Assembly (NCBI RefSeq): GCF_006345805.1
Contig: NC_043002.1
Location: 31,434,001 to 31,498,000, forward strand
Origin: Octopus sinensis
Lineage: Eukaryota
DNA: 64,000 nucleotides
Reading direction: 5' to 3'
Shown here: in pieces, positions 15,292-32,345 of the stretch
Layout: every line of letters begins with the position of its first letter
Position numbering within the stretch: the first letter of the stretch is position 1
Notes under the pieces: generated by a model
The model's database searches: none
Seen by the model: only the letters and a program-made list of their open reading frames with translations
What the model was told of the DNA's origin: nothing
Made by a program: the position numbers and the translations under genes

Positions 15292-15325
<34 letters not shown>

Positions 15326-15373
15326 TTATCTATCCATCTATCTATCTATCTATCTCTCACTCACTTTTTCTCG

Positions 15374-15411
<38 letters not shown>

Positions 15412-15719
15412 ATACATTTATATACATTAATTTTAGGTTCATGAATGTGTTTTGCGGGGTCCCTTCTATATAATAGATTCCTATATATTTGTAAGTATAT
15501 ATATATATATGCACATGAGTATATTGTGTATATGCTTATACAAGTGTATGGATAATATGTATGTGTATGTATGTATGTATGTATGCATCGACGCATGTAC
15601 ATATATTCATATATATTTGTATGTATATGCATGTATGTATATGCATGTATGTATATATACGTATATGTATACACACACACGCACATACATATATACATAC
15701 ACACACACACACATATATA

Positions 15720-16235
15720 TATATATGTCATACTCATACATACGCATTCTCGCTGTCTCCCTTTCTATCTTTCACGTATATCTGCAAAACCTTTAACTAT
15801 TTTGATACAAGTACTGCTTGAAGATTGCCATTTTGACACCTCTACATGTATTGGTAGAGAATCACGTACCCATACACACTCACAGACACTCACGCTTAGA
15901 CACACGAGCACAGGCACTCTCACAGACACACACCAAGATACATATAGATGCAGGATAATACGTTTATGTATAAATCTCTATAAAATGTGTAAGCGGTGAA
16001 TTGTAGGGCGTATCAAAGATAGAAAAACATGAACATAAAAGAAGAAAATCTATATACTGTAAATAACATCTACATAATAAAAAGAAACTACAACAAAAAA
16101 AGCGTAAAAAAATCAAAAGAAATAAAACAAAGCAAGAAATAAACATGATGACATGAACAATACAGAATGTTTGTGTATATGTGTGTGTGTGTGTGAGTGT
16201 GTCCATTTCTGTGTATGCATGTATGTATGTATATG

Positions 16236-16325
<90 letters not shown>

Positions 16326-16583
16326 TATATATACATATATATAACCATACGTGAATACATATATAATATATTATAATCATATATATATGTATGTGTGTCT
16401 GTATATATATATATATATAATATATATATATATACATATATATATGTATAAATATATATACATATATATTATGTGTGTGCACTTATACTATATGCATTTA
16501 TACACACATATGTATATATATATAGATGTATATCTACGTATATATATACATGCACAGACACACACACACAACAACACACACAC

Positions 16584-16614
<31 letters not shown>

Positions 16615-17148
16615 ACACTATATATATATATGTCATACTCATACATACGCATTCTCGCTGTCTCCCTTTCTATCTTTCACGTATATCTGCAAAACCTTTA
16701 ACTATTTTGATACAAGTACTGCTTGAAGATTGCCATTTTGACACCTCTACATGTATTGGTAGAGAATCACGTACCCATACACACTCACAGACACTCACGC
16801 TTAGACACACGAGCACAGGCACTCTCACAGACACACACCAAGATACATATAGATGCAGGATAATACGTTTATGTATAAATCTCTATAAAATGTGTAAGCG
16901 GTGAATTGTAGGGCGTATCAAAGATAGAAAAACATGAACATAAAAGAAGAAAATCTATATACTGTAAATAACATCTACATAATAAAAAGAAACTACAACA
17001 AAAAAAGCGTAAAAAAATCAAAAGAAATAAAACAAAGCAAGAAATAAACATGATGACATGAACAATACAGAATGTTTGTGTATATGTGTGTGTGTGTGTG
17101 TGAGTGTGTCCATTTCTGTGTATGCATGTATGTATGTATATGTATGTA

Positions 17149-17234
<86 letters not shown>

Positions 17235-17291
17235 TATAACCATACGTGAATACATATATAAATATATTATAATCATATATATATATGTGTG

Positions 17292-17343
<52 letters not shown>

Positions 17344-17518
17344 ATATTATATATATATATATATACATACATATATATATGTATAAATATATATACATAT
17401 ATATTATGTGTGTGCACTTATACTATATGCATTTATACACACATATGTATATATATATAGATGTATATCTACGTATATATATACATGCACAGACACACAC
17501 ACACAACAACACACACAC

Positions 17519-17545
<27 letters not shown>
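15720..17545. repeat. Tandem duplication with a 905-bp unit
   Basis: TGTCATACTCATACATACG at 15726 and 16631 (offset 905). Unique parts are nearly identical; ends lie in (CA)n(TA)n. Confidence 0.95.
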
Positions 17546-17583
<38 letters not shown>

Positions 17584-18447
17584 CATATACATATATATGT
17601 AGACACAAACGTATATTGAATCGCATATACACTGACATATGCGGATGCTTTGTGTTTGTATGTGTGTGCATATAATAAAAAAATCATAAGAGGAAATCAG
17701 AATGGAAGAAGAAAAACAAAAACTCACGAAAAAAGAAACTATAAGAAAAAAAACAAAGGAAAAGAAACGGAAAAAAAGAGAAAAAAATGGCAGCAACGAG
17801 GGAAGGAAGGACAAACATGAAGACAGTATTAAAACAATATCCGGACAAAAGGAAAATGAATGAGGGCAGAAGAAAAGAAATAAATAAAAGAAAGAGAGAA
17901 ATATTATGGACATATATAAAATATATAAGATTATAAAGAGCGAAAGCAGAATCGAATCTGGACGCTAAGAAGAGGAATCTATTAAGAAGGTTAAATGCGA
18001 TATAAGCGTGTGCCCTTATAAGGAAATGATAGCGGGTCAGGACATGACAAAAAGATATTAGCGCGAACAGGCGAACAGTAAACTGTAGTGTCAGCGGGAG
18101 ACACAATAAAAAATGTATTTCATCCCGGAATTATTCCTGTTTAATCAAATACATAACGACCTTATGATGGCTACCATGGCATTTAAGGAGGGAAATATTG
18201 ACGGTTATGTTATGAATTGCTAGCAGCCAAGTAGAACGAAGCACGTATGAATGTATATGTATGTGTAGCGTACCTGTGCATGCGTGTAAGTCAGTGTGAG
18301 TTTATGTGGTATGTGTCGTCTGTTTGCGTTTTTGTGTCTACGTAAGATATGTGTATGTGTATTTTATCGTGTGTTTAAGCGTGCTTTTGCGTACATGTGA
18401 ACAAAAGCACAAGTACATACATACACACACAGACACACACATACAGC

Positions 18448-18537
<90 letters not shown>

Positions 18538-18719
18538 ACACACGTATATATGTATGTATATTTGAGTGTGTGTATATATCAGAACATGAGTATTTAGAGA
18601 CACGAATATAAGTGCATAGTTTCATAATATATGAGGAAAAAAAGGCAGGTGATACATGTATAGATATATTTACATACACATCTATAAATATATATATGTA
18701 TATATAATCGCGCGTGTGC

Positions 18720-18764
<45 letters not shown>

Positions 18765-18988
18765 TATATTCAGCCGTATGCAATATATTACTATAAAAAA
18801 ACTATAATTGTCACCAAATTGCAAGAAATAAGAGCTGAAATGCACTAATGCTGTAGTTAAAGCACGTAATTGTAAAGTACATATTTTAGTACATAGTAGA
18901 GTACATTGCACATATTACAGCACATAAGTGTATACATATATACTGAAAAAGACTGTAATAGCCACAAAACACCGGTCTGTGCGTATAT

Positions 18989-19026
18989 CTTTTTACGTGT
19001 TTCGTCTGCGACATCGTCAATAGGAA
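18989..19026 (-). ncRNA. Degenerate hammerhead ribozyme-like motif
   Basis: Minus strand UUGACGA-U-GUC(GCA)GAC-GAAAC-AC-GUA; stem I pairs poorly. Confidence 0.4.
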
Positions 19027-19152
19027 TTTAGACGAAAAAAATTGACCCCAATTCTCAGTTTTCGAAAAGTAAATTACAGAAACGTAAACAAAGCCACACC
19101 TGTTGGGAGGAGATGGATACAAACACAAACACACACACGCTACACACACACA

Positions 19153-19195
<43 letters not shown>

Positions 19196-19327
19196 TCATA
19201 CACACTACACACACGCACGTACATGTATACGATAAGCTATCAGATGATTTATGTTGACCAAATTCTATCACAAGACGTCGCTCTGATCGATGCAATAACA
19301 GAAGAGAGAAACCCAAGACGACACGCA

Positions 19328-19407
19328 TGTATGTATGTATGTATGTATGTATGTATGTATGTATGTATGTATGTATGTATGTATGTATGTATGTATGTAT
19401 GTATGTA

Positions 19408-19442
<35 letters not shown>

Positions 19443-19515
19443 ATGTATGTATGTATGCATGTATGTATGTATGGATGGATGGATGGATGGATGGATGTAT
19501 GGATGGATGGGTGGA
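19328..19515. repeat. (TATG)n-(TG)n-(TGGA)n compound microsatellite
   Basis: Direct reading. Confidence 0.95.
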
Positions 19516-19761
19516 TGGATGGATTGATGTATCGGCGAGTGTGTTTGTCAATTTTGCTTCCCAGCCATACGGATCGAGGTTGCTTCTGCTTCATGGAGCC
19601 TTGGGGAAATATTTTGCTTTGTGTATGGATTTGGTGAACGGAAACTGAAAGAAGCCTCTCATCCATGTATAGACATACATACATAAAGAAATACAAACAG
19701 GTAATCGAAATTGTGTCGGTGCCTTACTCATCATCCTTTTATACATTTTGAACAATTTCTC

Positions 19762-19810
<49 letters not shown>

Positions 19811-20070
19811 CTTTTATTTATTTCAGTCATTAGACTGCGGCCATCTGGGGCATGAAGGATGTCAGTCCAACGAATTGATCCCAGTACCATTTAACTTTAA
19901 TGCACGGTACCTATTCAATCTTCCTCTTTTACTGAACCGCTATGTTACGGAGACAGAAACAAACCAACACCAGTTGTCAAGCAGTAGTGTGGGACAAACA
20001 CAGATACAAAGACACACACACACTGACACATACATACATACATGCGCACACACATACACATACACATATA

Positions 20071-20126
<56 letters not shown>

Positions 20127-20176
20127 ATGATATAAAAAAAACAAGTCTATGTAGATTTTAGAACATTTATAAATAG

Positions 20177-20224
20177 GTCTTACAGCTGTTTCTAGGATAT
20201 TTATTGTATCCCTTCATCGGAGAC
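20177..20224 (-). ncRNA. Minimal type I hammerhead ribozyme motif
   Basis: Minus strand GUCU-CCGAUGA-A-GGGAUA(CAAUAAA)UAUCCU-A-GAAAC-AGCU-GUA-AGAC. Stem I GUCU/AGAC is perfect, stem II has 6 bp, stem III ACAGCUGU is palindromic, triplet GUA. U4 is C in this copy. Confidence 0.75.
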
Positions 20225-20339
20225 GATGTGAGAAGATGGTTAAGTAATAGTTAATTTAGATAAGATATGAAAGAGAGGGTGAGGTAGAGGAATGAAAATA
20301 GATGTGAGATATAAGCATATATACATGTACATATATATA

Positions 20340-20490
20340 TGATGGCCGTCTTTCAGTTTCCACCCACGAAATCAACTCAGAAGGCATTGGTATATCCGAG
20401 GCTATTCGTGAAGAACCTGCCGAAACTGTCGCACAGTGGCACGGATCCTGGAACCATATGGTTGGGAAGCAAACTTTTTTACCACTCAGC
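20340..20490 (-). mobile_element. SINE family A head, diverged
   Basis: CTTTCAGTTTCC...AAATCAACTCA...GCAGTGG...GGAACCATATGGTTGGGAAGCAAAC...TTACCAC. Confidence 0.7.
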
Positions 20491-20715
20491 CAACTGGAGT
20501 TGGTTTGCTTATATCTCCGGAGCTTAATGATTCAGCATAAGATAGCGATAGAATAATGACTAGGCTAGAAAAAAGAAAAGAATACTAGCGTGGATTCGTT
20601 CTTCAAAAATTCTGCAAGGTTTGCCTCAACAAGACTGAGACAACTGAAAACAAAAAAGATTTTCGGGCGCGCGTACGCCCCCCCCCCCATATATATATAT
20701 ATATATATATACATG

Positions 20716-20990
20716 TGTGAAGGCATGTGACCTCTTGGTTAAAGCCTTGCACTTCCGTTCGCAGGATTGTGGTTTCGATTTCCGCCAAGGAAGGTGTGTT
20801 GTGTTCTTCAGCAAAACACTTCAAGTCGCTCCAGTGACTTGAAGATATCGTTGCAACGGAATAGTTTCCCGATCCGGTGGAATGCTGGCATGCTTTTAAA
20901 TTGGGTGGATGGCATCATTCGAAAGCTAGAACAATGCGAAGCCCATTGTGGTCATCGATGTTTATCAACATCAGATAGCCTAGTTTATAC
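20716..20990 (+). mobile_element. tRNA-derived SINE, family C head with an alternative tail
   Basis: TGTGAAGGCATGTG...TGGTTAAAGC...GTTTCGATT...TGTTGTGTTCTTCAGCAAAACACTT shares its head with 45457-45784. Confidence 0.65.
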
Positions 20991-23619
20991 TTTGATACCG
21001 TAATAGACATTACAATGCATATATATGCATATATGTATATAATGACTGGGTGGAAATAAATATGTATTCCTTATATAATATATAATGGCTTACATAATAT
21101 ATAATGATTTATATTTATAATGACTGCGATGTAATAAATATAAAATTGGGATTTCCGAAATTGCTCCTGAGTACTGTTGATGTGGTTGGCATCATCAGAC
21201 CATCCTTATCCGTTATTGTCGACTTGCTTCTCATCTAAAATCGACAAACGTCATTGCAGTTTTGATTAACATGTTAATTAACAACTACATTAGCTGGAAA
21301 TATTACTGTAGTCCGTTTTGAGAAGTAGCACTATCTAGAGGCTTGAGAAGCGTTTATGGAAAACATAAGCTTTTGAATTGAGACCAGATATACAGATCCA
21401 TATTCTCTGACCCGGTCGATGCAACTCTCATTCTGTCGTACATTACTTAAGTTTTCTGCGAACACTTCCCTTGATAGCATAAGGAAATTCCCTCCGTTAT
21501 TTGGAAAAACAGTCGTCCATTGCCAGCTTTCGTTCATTTTTAGATGAAATCCTTGAGAAATTAAAGACTCTCTTCTTATGATAGATTCGTTTTCCCTTCC
21601 ACGCATGCCTAGAAATAGACAATGTCTATATTTCCTTTTGACTTTACCCTTCTAGCAAAAGATGGGTTGTGCCGTTGTTGCAGTCAAGGCTTTCATTGTT
21701 CTGATTAAAATTTGAGTTTTCGCTAAAATTCTTTTGTATTTGTGAAATTATAACTGTGTGCACAATCTGGTGCCACACTTGTGGATAGCAACTTCTCCCG
21801 CTACATCAGAAGCAGCTATATTGCACCGCTAATAAACAAAGTAAAATCTATGTTTGCAGAAATATATACACACAATAAAACGTCTGAGAACGAACCTGTT
21901 TTGTTACCCCGGGTAATGGCGTGAGTTATAAATATTCTGAAAGCCTTTGCTGTTAGAAAGAACTAAACAAAATATTTTCCCATCAAGTAATTACTGAAGA
22001 AAATATCTTTTAAGCAGAGATCTGTGAAACGTGACCGTTCAGAGCAAACACCACCAACAATAGCAATAATAATAATTACTTTTAATAACAAAAGTATGAT
22101 GTAGGGTGCTTCATTACAACGACAAATTACAAAAACGTTTTTAATAGTAATACAGCAATGAAACCCATCACAAAACTAGTGGACCTACAAAAAAATAACA
22201 CAAAAGGAAATATTACCGTACCGGAAGTGTTAAGCAACTTCAAACGCCATCTTTATTGGTTGATTTATGCAAATAATAGTCATTACTTTAGGACAGATGT
22301 TAGTGTGTGATTAACTCGGTTATTGTTGTTATTGTTACTGTTGTAGAAATATTCATTATGTTTCTAGTTGTTATTGTAACATCCATGGTTGCTGTCGATG
22401 ATAATGATTTAACTATACCGATATATAATTGTATATTTATACAGTAGCTCTAATGTAATAATCTTTTACAGTAAGCTACGGCACAGCAAGCTTCCTATTT
22501 CACCCTCAATATTATCTTATCTCATTATGGAAGCAGCTGACCTTCTTTCATTGACTGAATATAAGCAGTAATGATAATGACATCACCACCAACACCACCT
22601 TCGTCATCAACACCATCAACATCAATAATAACCGCAACACGATGGATGGCTACACCAAATATAAACAACATAAACATCAGAAATATCCGCAACATACCAC
22701 CACCAAAAAACTATAAAAAAAAGGAAAAAAAAGAAAAAGAAAGAAAAATAACAGTAGCCATAATAATTTATTAAAATAACAATTGTAATGACAGCAACGA
22801 AGCAAAGTTGTCTCAATACCACCACAATGGTAATGGCAAAATCGTGAGAGCCTGAGACAAAACAACTTCTTCTGGATGCTTCCTTTCTGGGTTCAAATAC
22901 ATTGCAGATCAACTTAGCTCTTCAGTACCCCAGTCATGTTATTGGGGCTCATACATTTGCCTATTTCTTTCCTTACAGGTTTTTAGCTTTGTATCTGTAT
23001 GTCGAATTATTATTGGCGACATACGTACGTGTGCATGTATATAAGTTGGCGTTTAAAGTTTATATTTCTTTTGTATGTTACATGATAGAGTCACACAAAC
23101 ACACGCGCGCGCGCACACACGCACACATATTATTGAACCTTGGGAGGGGCATTATGCCGGTGATAATAAACACACGCACTGGTTCGGTCTTTTATTGTTA
23201 TTGTTCAGTATAGTTCGTGTTCTTTTTTTTTTTGCCAAATAATTATTTCATCGCATTGTTGCAATCACTTCAGTAACACGTCTCTCTACATCCATTTCAT
23301 TTGAACTTATGTTCCAGTGTTGAGATTTGTCCAAGATCTGTCCGAGATGAGTATGTGAGTGTGTGCTTTTGTCTCTATTTGTGTGTGTTTATAAATAAGT
23401 GTGTAAATCCGTGTGTGTGTCTATTTTTCAAATACTGACTTATGTAATTTTTATATACATGAGACACCAGTTTTGCTTCTCTCTTTGTTTTCTTCGTTAA
23501 CTCACACGTGCACCCACGATCACATCCGCAGCTAGGAAAACACCACTGTGCGCTTGAGTGGATGGAATACACCCGACCACGACCAAGGGGATAACGTCCA
23601 GACACTAAAAATGATTGCA

Positions 23620-24880
23620 CATGCAGTAGGTGAAGTTTAAAGACCGACCCATAGAACCATATAGTTAAATTCAATGAGAAGCTATACATAAAAGTCCAGT
23701 GGGCAGCCATCGGTGTCAGTGTGGCTGGGGATGTGGCGGCCCTATTCATGACCTGGTGGGACAGAAAACTGAAACAAACACTTGAGTAACACTCAGTAGC
23801 AATCAGACTGTACGGGAGATATGTGGATGACATCAATCTCATAGTCAAGACAACATCAAACAGTCAGACTGAAGGGAACGAGAGGATCATGATGGAAAGC
23901 ATCCAGTGTATAGCTAAATCCGTACATCAAAGCATCAGAGTAACTATAGATTACCCAAACAAGAGACCCCCAGTCCTTAACACACAGCTTTGGCTAGAAA
24001 CTGTTAATAACAAAGTTCAAATCCACCACTCACACTCTATGAAACCCTTGTCCTCGAAGTATATAATCAATAAGATTTCAGCTCTATCACACAACGTGAA
24101 AATTAATATATTAATGGTTGACTAATGAAAAACATATCCCTGCTTCGCAAACCCTAGGAAAAAAAAGAAACACACACAAGACCTCGTGCATTGCATGCAA
24201 TTTTCGAGATACAACCAGAAAGATAGGTTCCAAGTGTACAGGGGGTCTAGCAAGAAATTTGAAGATGCCGATGGAATACAACCTACGTACTGTAGTAAGC
24301 AGTGGAATGAAATACAAAGAATTTATGAGAAAATGAACAAAAAGAACTCGTGGTACAATACCGACATGTTCCAAGAGAGGATGTTTGTAGAAGCCACACC
24401 AAACTGGGAAAGAGCTCGCAGATTCAGAAAAATCCTCATGGATACTAAGTTGAACATTAAAAGTTATGGAAAAACCAGCGAGATCCATCAGGTCAATGAT
24501 ATGCAAAACATAACCATTCAGAAAGACCGCGTGTGTAGAGAAGACCAGTGTAGTGTGCAAATATAGCCCTGGTCTCAACTACAAAACTAGAAATGTAGTT
24601 TACCGAATAAACTGGCTGGATGTTGATTGTAAAAACCGGAATACTGCATACATAGGTTTAACGGCGAGAAGTTTAGTCGAGCGTATAAATGAAGATTGGT
24701 GGGAGTACAGGGACCAAAGACAAGCCTCAATGCTCAACCAGCATGCCAAAGAAAAACATGGTGGTTTATTGAACCGGATTACTATAGACATCCTGTCTAG
24801 ATAACCGGACGACGCATCGCTACGACAGATACGAGTCAGTCTTCAGAAACGAAACACAAGCGATTTTGAATAGTAAATAC
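23620..24880 (+). mobile_element. Penelope-like element A: RT and GIY-YIG endonuclease, degenerate
   Basis: GAAIGVSVAGDVAALFMTWWD, then LYGRYVDDINL (23810-23840), then NVVYRI...YIGLTARSLVERINE (24590-24700); several stops and frameshifts. Confidence 0.85.
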
Positions 24881-25302
24881 ACTCAAAAGAAAAAGGCCTC
24901 ACAAAGACCCATGGACGCGCACACACATACCCATCATCTAATACGAGACTACTTAACGGTTTCTAGAGTAATGGAAAACAAGTAATAGGTCTATATTTGC
25001 TGACATCCTCTTTCTTTCCTTTGTCCTCCTCTAACAGCACCGTCCTATCTTTTGTCGTCCAAGTTGGTATTTTATTTTCTCTGTCAATAAAACACAGTCA
25101 TATATAACTATACTTGGGAGGGTTTTTTTTTTAGCTTAAAACCGTAGATACTAACTGGTCCGGGAGTTTTATAGTTTAGTACTTTCTTGATCTCTTTAAA
25201 TTTCTTATCCATGTTTGTTACATACGCTGCTGCGCAGTGGAATACATGCCTTATGAAGGAACTTTACTCGGGGTCCGTGTCTCCTGAATGCAGTTGTGAT
25301 TA

Positions 25303-27893
<2,591 letters not shown>

Positions 27894-28802
27894 CATTATT
27901 ATTATTATGAAGGTGGTAAACTGGCAGAATCGTAAGCGCGTCAATCATTTCGTCACGGTAGTTGATTCCGTTCCTGTATTCAGCGGTTGTGTCGCCCTAA
28001 TATACAGCAATATCTTCTCTGTGGTTCGGGTAATTGGTCAGCTGTTGGAGCCATTCAGCATCATGCTGCCAGTCTGCCAAAGTTTTTCTGTCACATCTCT
28101 TCAGAATGTTTTGACACTGAAGCCACTACTGCAGCAAGTGGGTAAATGGTGAAGAGCAACTTTGGCGTTCTGTAGAAGTTAAATGACGGACTGGAATGAC
28201 GACGTTCTCAGTGAGACGTCAACGACAATCAACTGGCTAATCTTTTACAAAGAAATCTTAAGTTGGGGGCCGTGGATAATTTGTAGCAATCTGTGGCCCT
28301 GGAATTCCACTCGGGTCATTGTCAGTTCGAGATACTCTCTATAGACATTAAAGTGCTGTCATATGAACCTGCCCGAGATGATCAGAGAGTCATGAAAGTG
28401 TTGTGCACACACTCGTTCAGCACCTGAGCATTGCTGACTCGAACAGCCGTTAACGCATCTAGGACGGATCCGGCTATCGGCTGAATCGAATGTGTAGCTA
28501 TCAGTCTAGTACCCTTAGCAAAAGCTGTTGAGTAGTGAACCAGATTGAAAATTCAGATATCTCACCACCTGTTTCAAGTTACAAATACAAAGGTCAGTGA
28601 AGTTCGAGAGGGAGGTGTTGCCTACCAGCAAATTTGTTGAAAGGTGGATGATCGTGGTAAGATTGGTGCAAGTGAAAACCTTACACAGAGTCTACAACTG
28701 AACATTGAAAGAGGAGAATGAGAAGCGGTCACTTGCGTAAGTGAACAAGACGTATGTTTGCTACCTTATTAATCTCATGAATGTGTTAATAAGATATAAC
28801 CA

Positions 28803-28895
28803 ATGATGATGATGATGATGATGACAATGATGATGATGACGATGATGATGATGATGATGATGATGATGACGATGATGATGATGATGATGATGATA
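28803..28895. repeat. (GAT)n microsatellite
   Basis: Direct reading; gives the poly-Met ORF start. Confidence 0.95.
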
Positions 28896-28904
28896 ACAAT
28901 AATA

Positions 28905-29626
28905 CTAACATACAACTCAGTGAAGAAGATTATATACCACACAAGTGCATCGGACCTCTGCAGAATGTGTAGGAAGGGAGTCGAAAGTGTGACTCACATT
29001 GTTTGTGTATGTGAAAGTCTTGCGCAGAAAGAGTACAAGCTTAGACACGACAAAGCAGCCCAAAACCTCCACTGGCTACTATGCCGTAAGTATGGATATG
29101 AGATTACGGGTGCTTGGTACATACATACACAAGAAAATGTAATGAACGAAAAGAGGAAGGCAAGAATCCTCTGGGATTTTGATTTCCAGACAGACAAGAA
29201 CACCGAAAGCCGGATATAGTAACATTTAGGAGGGACAAACACGTGTGCCTAATAATCAATGTAGCAGTCCCAGGAGATCAACACTTCATCATGAAAGAAA
29301 GAGAAAAGGTGGATAAATATGGAGAGCTAAGAATTGAGATCGCTAAGACGTGGCAGCTACGAGAGTCGAACATAAAGGTTATCCCTATTGTCATTGGAGT
29401 ACTGGGCTCAGTACTACCCAATCTGAGAAAAAAAACATATGAAAACCTCAGAAATACCCTACAATCTAGATGTATTGCAAAAGTCGGCATTACTTGGAAC
29501 TGCACGCATATGGCGTCAAATACTGTCTGAGGTCCTCGTTGTGACTTGACAAACAGTACAAACCCCCAGTAGACACAATATTTTCAAGCAACCTCACAAT
29601 ATTGTATACTGTGAGACGACTATAAA

Positions 29627-29628
<2 letters not shown>
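28905..29628 (+). mobile_element. Dong/R4-clade 3' fragment, second subfamily
   Basis: CRMCRKGVESVTHIVCVC...RHDKAA...ILWDFDFQTD...INVAVPGD...KVDKYGEL...IPIVIGVLG, then a 3' UTR and (TAA)n tail. Confidence 0.9.
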
Positions 29629-29698
<70 letters not shown>

Positions 29699-30269
29699 AA
29701 GAAGAAGAAAAAGGGGAGGAGGAGGAGGAGGAGGAAGATGAAGAAAGATTACATTGTAATAATAATGATGGTTATACTAAAACTAAATAAACAACTGTTA
29801 GTAGAACATTAACTAAAATAACTAAAATACATTTAGTCACAATAATTACTACATTATGAAATGTATCATCAGTATTGTTTATATTATAGATCATAAATAT
29901 ACTGGTATGTATTCATGAAGCGATGCTACGTAATACACACAAACCCACACATACACACACACTTACATACACACGCATTTCTTATCAGAGTGTCTAACCG
30001 TGTGTGTATGCTTGTGTGTGTGCGTGCGTGAGTGTGCGTGCAAGTAGAAAACATTATCTTCTTTTTTCTTATACAAATATTGATCGTGATTGCTTATCTT
30101 TTAATAACGCTTTTTGTAACAATATCTTGCACATATATACGAACAAAACACAAGCGCTTGCATATCTTCGTCTGTCTGTCAATCTAGCTGTCTATCTATG
30201 TATCTGTGTTTCTGACTGTTTATATATCTGCATATATAGACACATATATATCTGTCTATATATTTTTTT

Positions 30270-30566
30270 CGCCCTTTTCAAGCCTAGACAGGCTCATGGG
30301 CCCGGTTTCTGTGGCGTATATGTTCCCCAACAGCTGGACGGGACGCCAGTCCACCGCAGCGTTACTCAAGAAACAGGAGGAGAGAGTGAGAGAAAGTTGT
30401 GGCGAAAGAGTACAACAGGGGTCACCACCACCCCCTGTCGGAACCTCGTGGAGCTTTTAGGTGTTTTTGCTTAATAAACACACACAACGCCCGGTCTGGG
30501 AATCGAAACCGCGATCCTCCGACCACGAGTCCGCTGCCCTAACCACTGGGCCATTGCCCCTCCACA
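30270..30566 (-). mobile_element. tRNA-derived SINE, family D, with CORE-like tail
   Basis: Head GGAGGGGCAATGGCCCAGTGGTTAGGGCAGCGG...GGTTTCGATTCCC. The tail GGACTGGCGTCCCGTCCAG...GAAACCGGG resembles my recollection of CORE-type SINE segments. Confidence 0.8.
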
Positions 30567-30601
30567 TTTGTCTATATAAGCAGATATATATCTCTCTGTT
30601 T

Positions 30602-30659
30602 GTTATGACCGGCTAATGGGGCTAGGTAGCAATAGCTAGCCTCATTAGCCGGTCATAAC
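30602..30659. repeat. Near-perfect 24-bp hairpin
   Basis: GTTATGACCGGCTAATGGGGCTAG, 10-nt loop, CTAGCCTCATTAGCCGGTCATAAC. Confidence 0.9.
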
Positions 30660-31191
30660 CAAAATACAACGGGCAAGAACAATGTGCCTACCACAACTCA
30701 GTATATCTAGCGGGACATCTCTTTCTTTATGCATGTACCTGATGTCCCAGAAACTGCACAGATTAATGCAACACAGTTAGATGCACAATAGCCCGTCCAT
30801 AACAGAGAGTTGCATTATGGGTCGAAACGATCGTCGTAGTGAATATAGACTAGTGCTAAATCTATCTTCCGTTTCCTTCATCGATTATTATCTTTACTAA
30901 CACTCCGGAATTCCTCATGTAGATCCAGGGGAAATATAATCGCCGCTGTGGATGACACCAGGTAGCCCAAACTGTGGATGTGCTTTACTCAATACAATAA
31001 CTGTCATATATTCCCATTAGCCCAAAAACTTACGTATATATTTATGTGTGTGTGTGTGGAGAGAGAGAGAGACAGACAGACAGTCAGACAGACAGTCAGA
31101 CAGACAGAAAGAGAGCGAGAGAGAGAAGAAAAGAGGGAAATACACAGATAGCTAGCTAGATAGTTACCTAGCTAGCTAGCTAGATAGACAA

Positions 31192-31252
<61 letters not shown>

Positions 31253-31450
31253 AAGAGAGAGAGAGAGATGTAGATGAGATAGACTTGTGTATAGATACAT
31301 GCTTAGATTCGCACATGCATATATACACATATACATAGGTACATACATACACAAACACACACATATATAGGTACATACATACATACTTACACACACACAC
31401 GCACACGCACACATACACGCACACACACATATATATATATATATATACAT

Positions 31451-31485
<35 letters not shown>

Positions 31486-32080
31486 CATACAGACATACAT
31501 GTATAAATACACACACACACATATATATACATACATACATACATATATACATACATACATACACACACATACGTACATATACGATTCAAAGTAATTAATT
31601 TCAAGAAATCTACGTCACTTTCATACATCTATTTTATACCATCTCCTCATTCATAGAATTATCAAATATTTTTTTTTCTAATTATTTAGTCATCATTAAC
31701 ATCTCATACCATTATCCCTCAACAGCATCAAATGTACAGCTGCCACACTCTTTATTACTTAGTTAATTACCGCTTTGTTTGTTTATATAATTATTCCTGT
31801 TTTTTTCGTTATTTAGTTTAGCATTTTTGTTACAATCAATTATTTCCCCTTTTATTCCACCACCCACTACAACCCACTCACTCGCACACATTTGTACAAA
31901 CACAGATACACACTGAGTTGTATTACTACGAATCTAATTGACTTTCCCATATTCAATTCTGCCTAATGCAACGCAATTATTGTTTATTTCTTGTTATTTT
32001 TTTCTCTTTATTGTTCCACTGTTTAAAATCGGATAACGTCCTTTAAGTTTGCTGTAGCTATGCATGTAAACGGAAAGTAG

Positions 32081-32143
<63 letters not shown>

Positions 32144-32214
32144 ATATATATAGATATATATATATATACAAGCATACAAACACACACACACACATATACA
32201 GAGATAGATACATA

Positions 32215-32345
32215 CATACATGCATACATACATACATACATACATACATACATACATACATACATACATACATACATACATACATACATACATACATACA
32301 TACATACATACATACATACATACATACGTACGTACGTACATACAT
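32215..32345. repeat. (CATA)n microsatellite
   Basis: Direct reading. Confidence 0.95.

Noticed and set aside
25245-25295. Hammerhead downstream of PLE-A (CTTATGA-A-GGA...TCC-G)
   Set aside because: Core mutated and GAAA absent; at best a dead relic.
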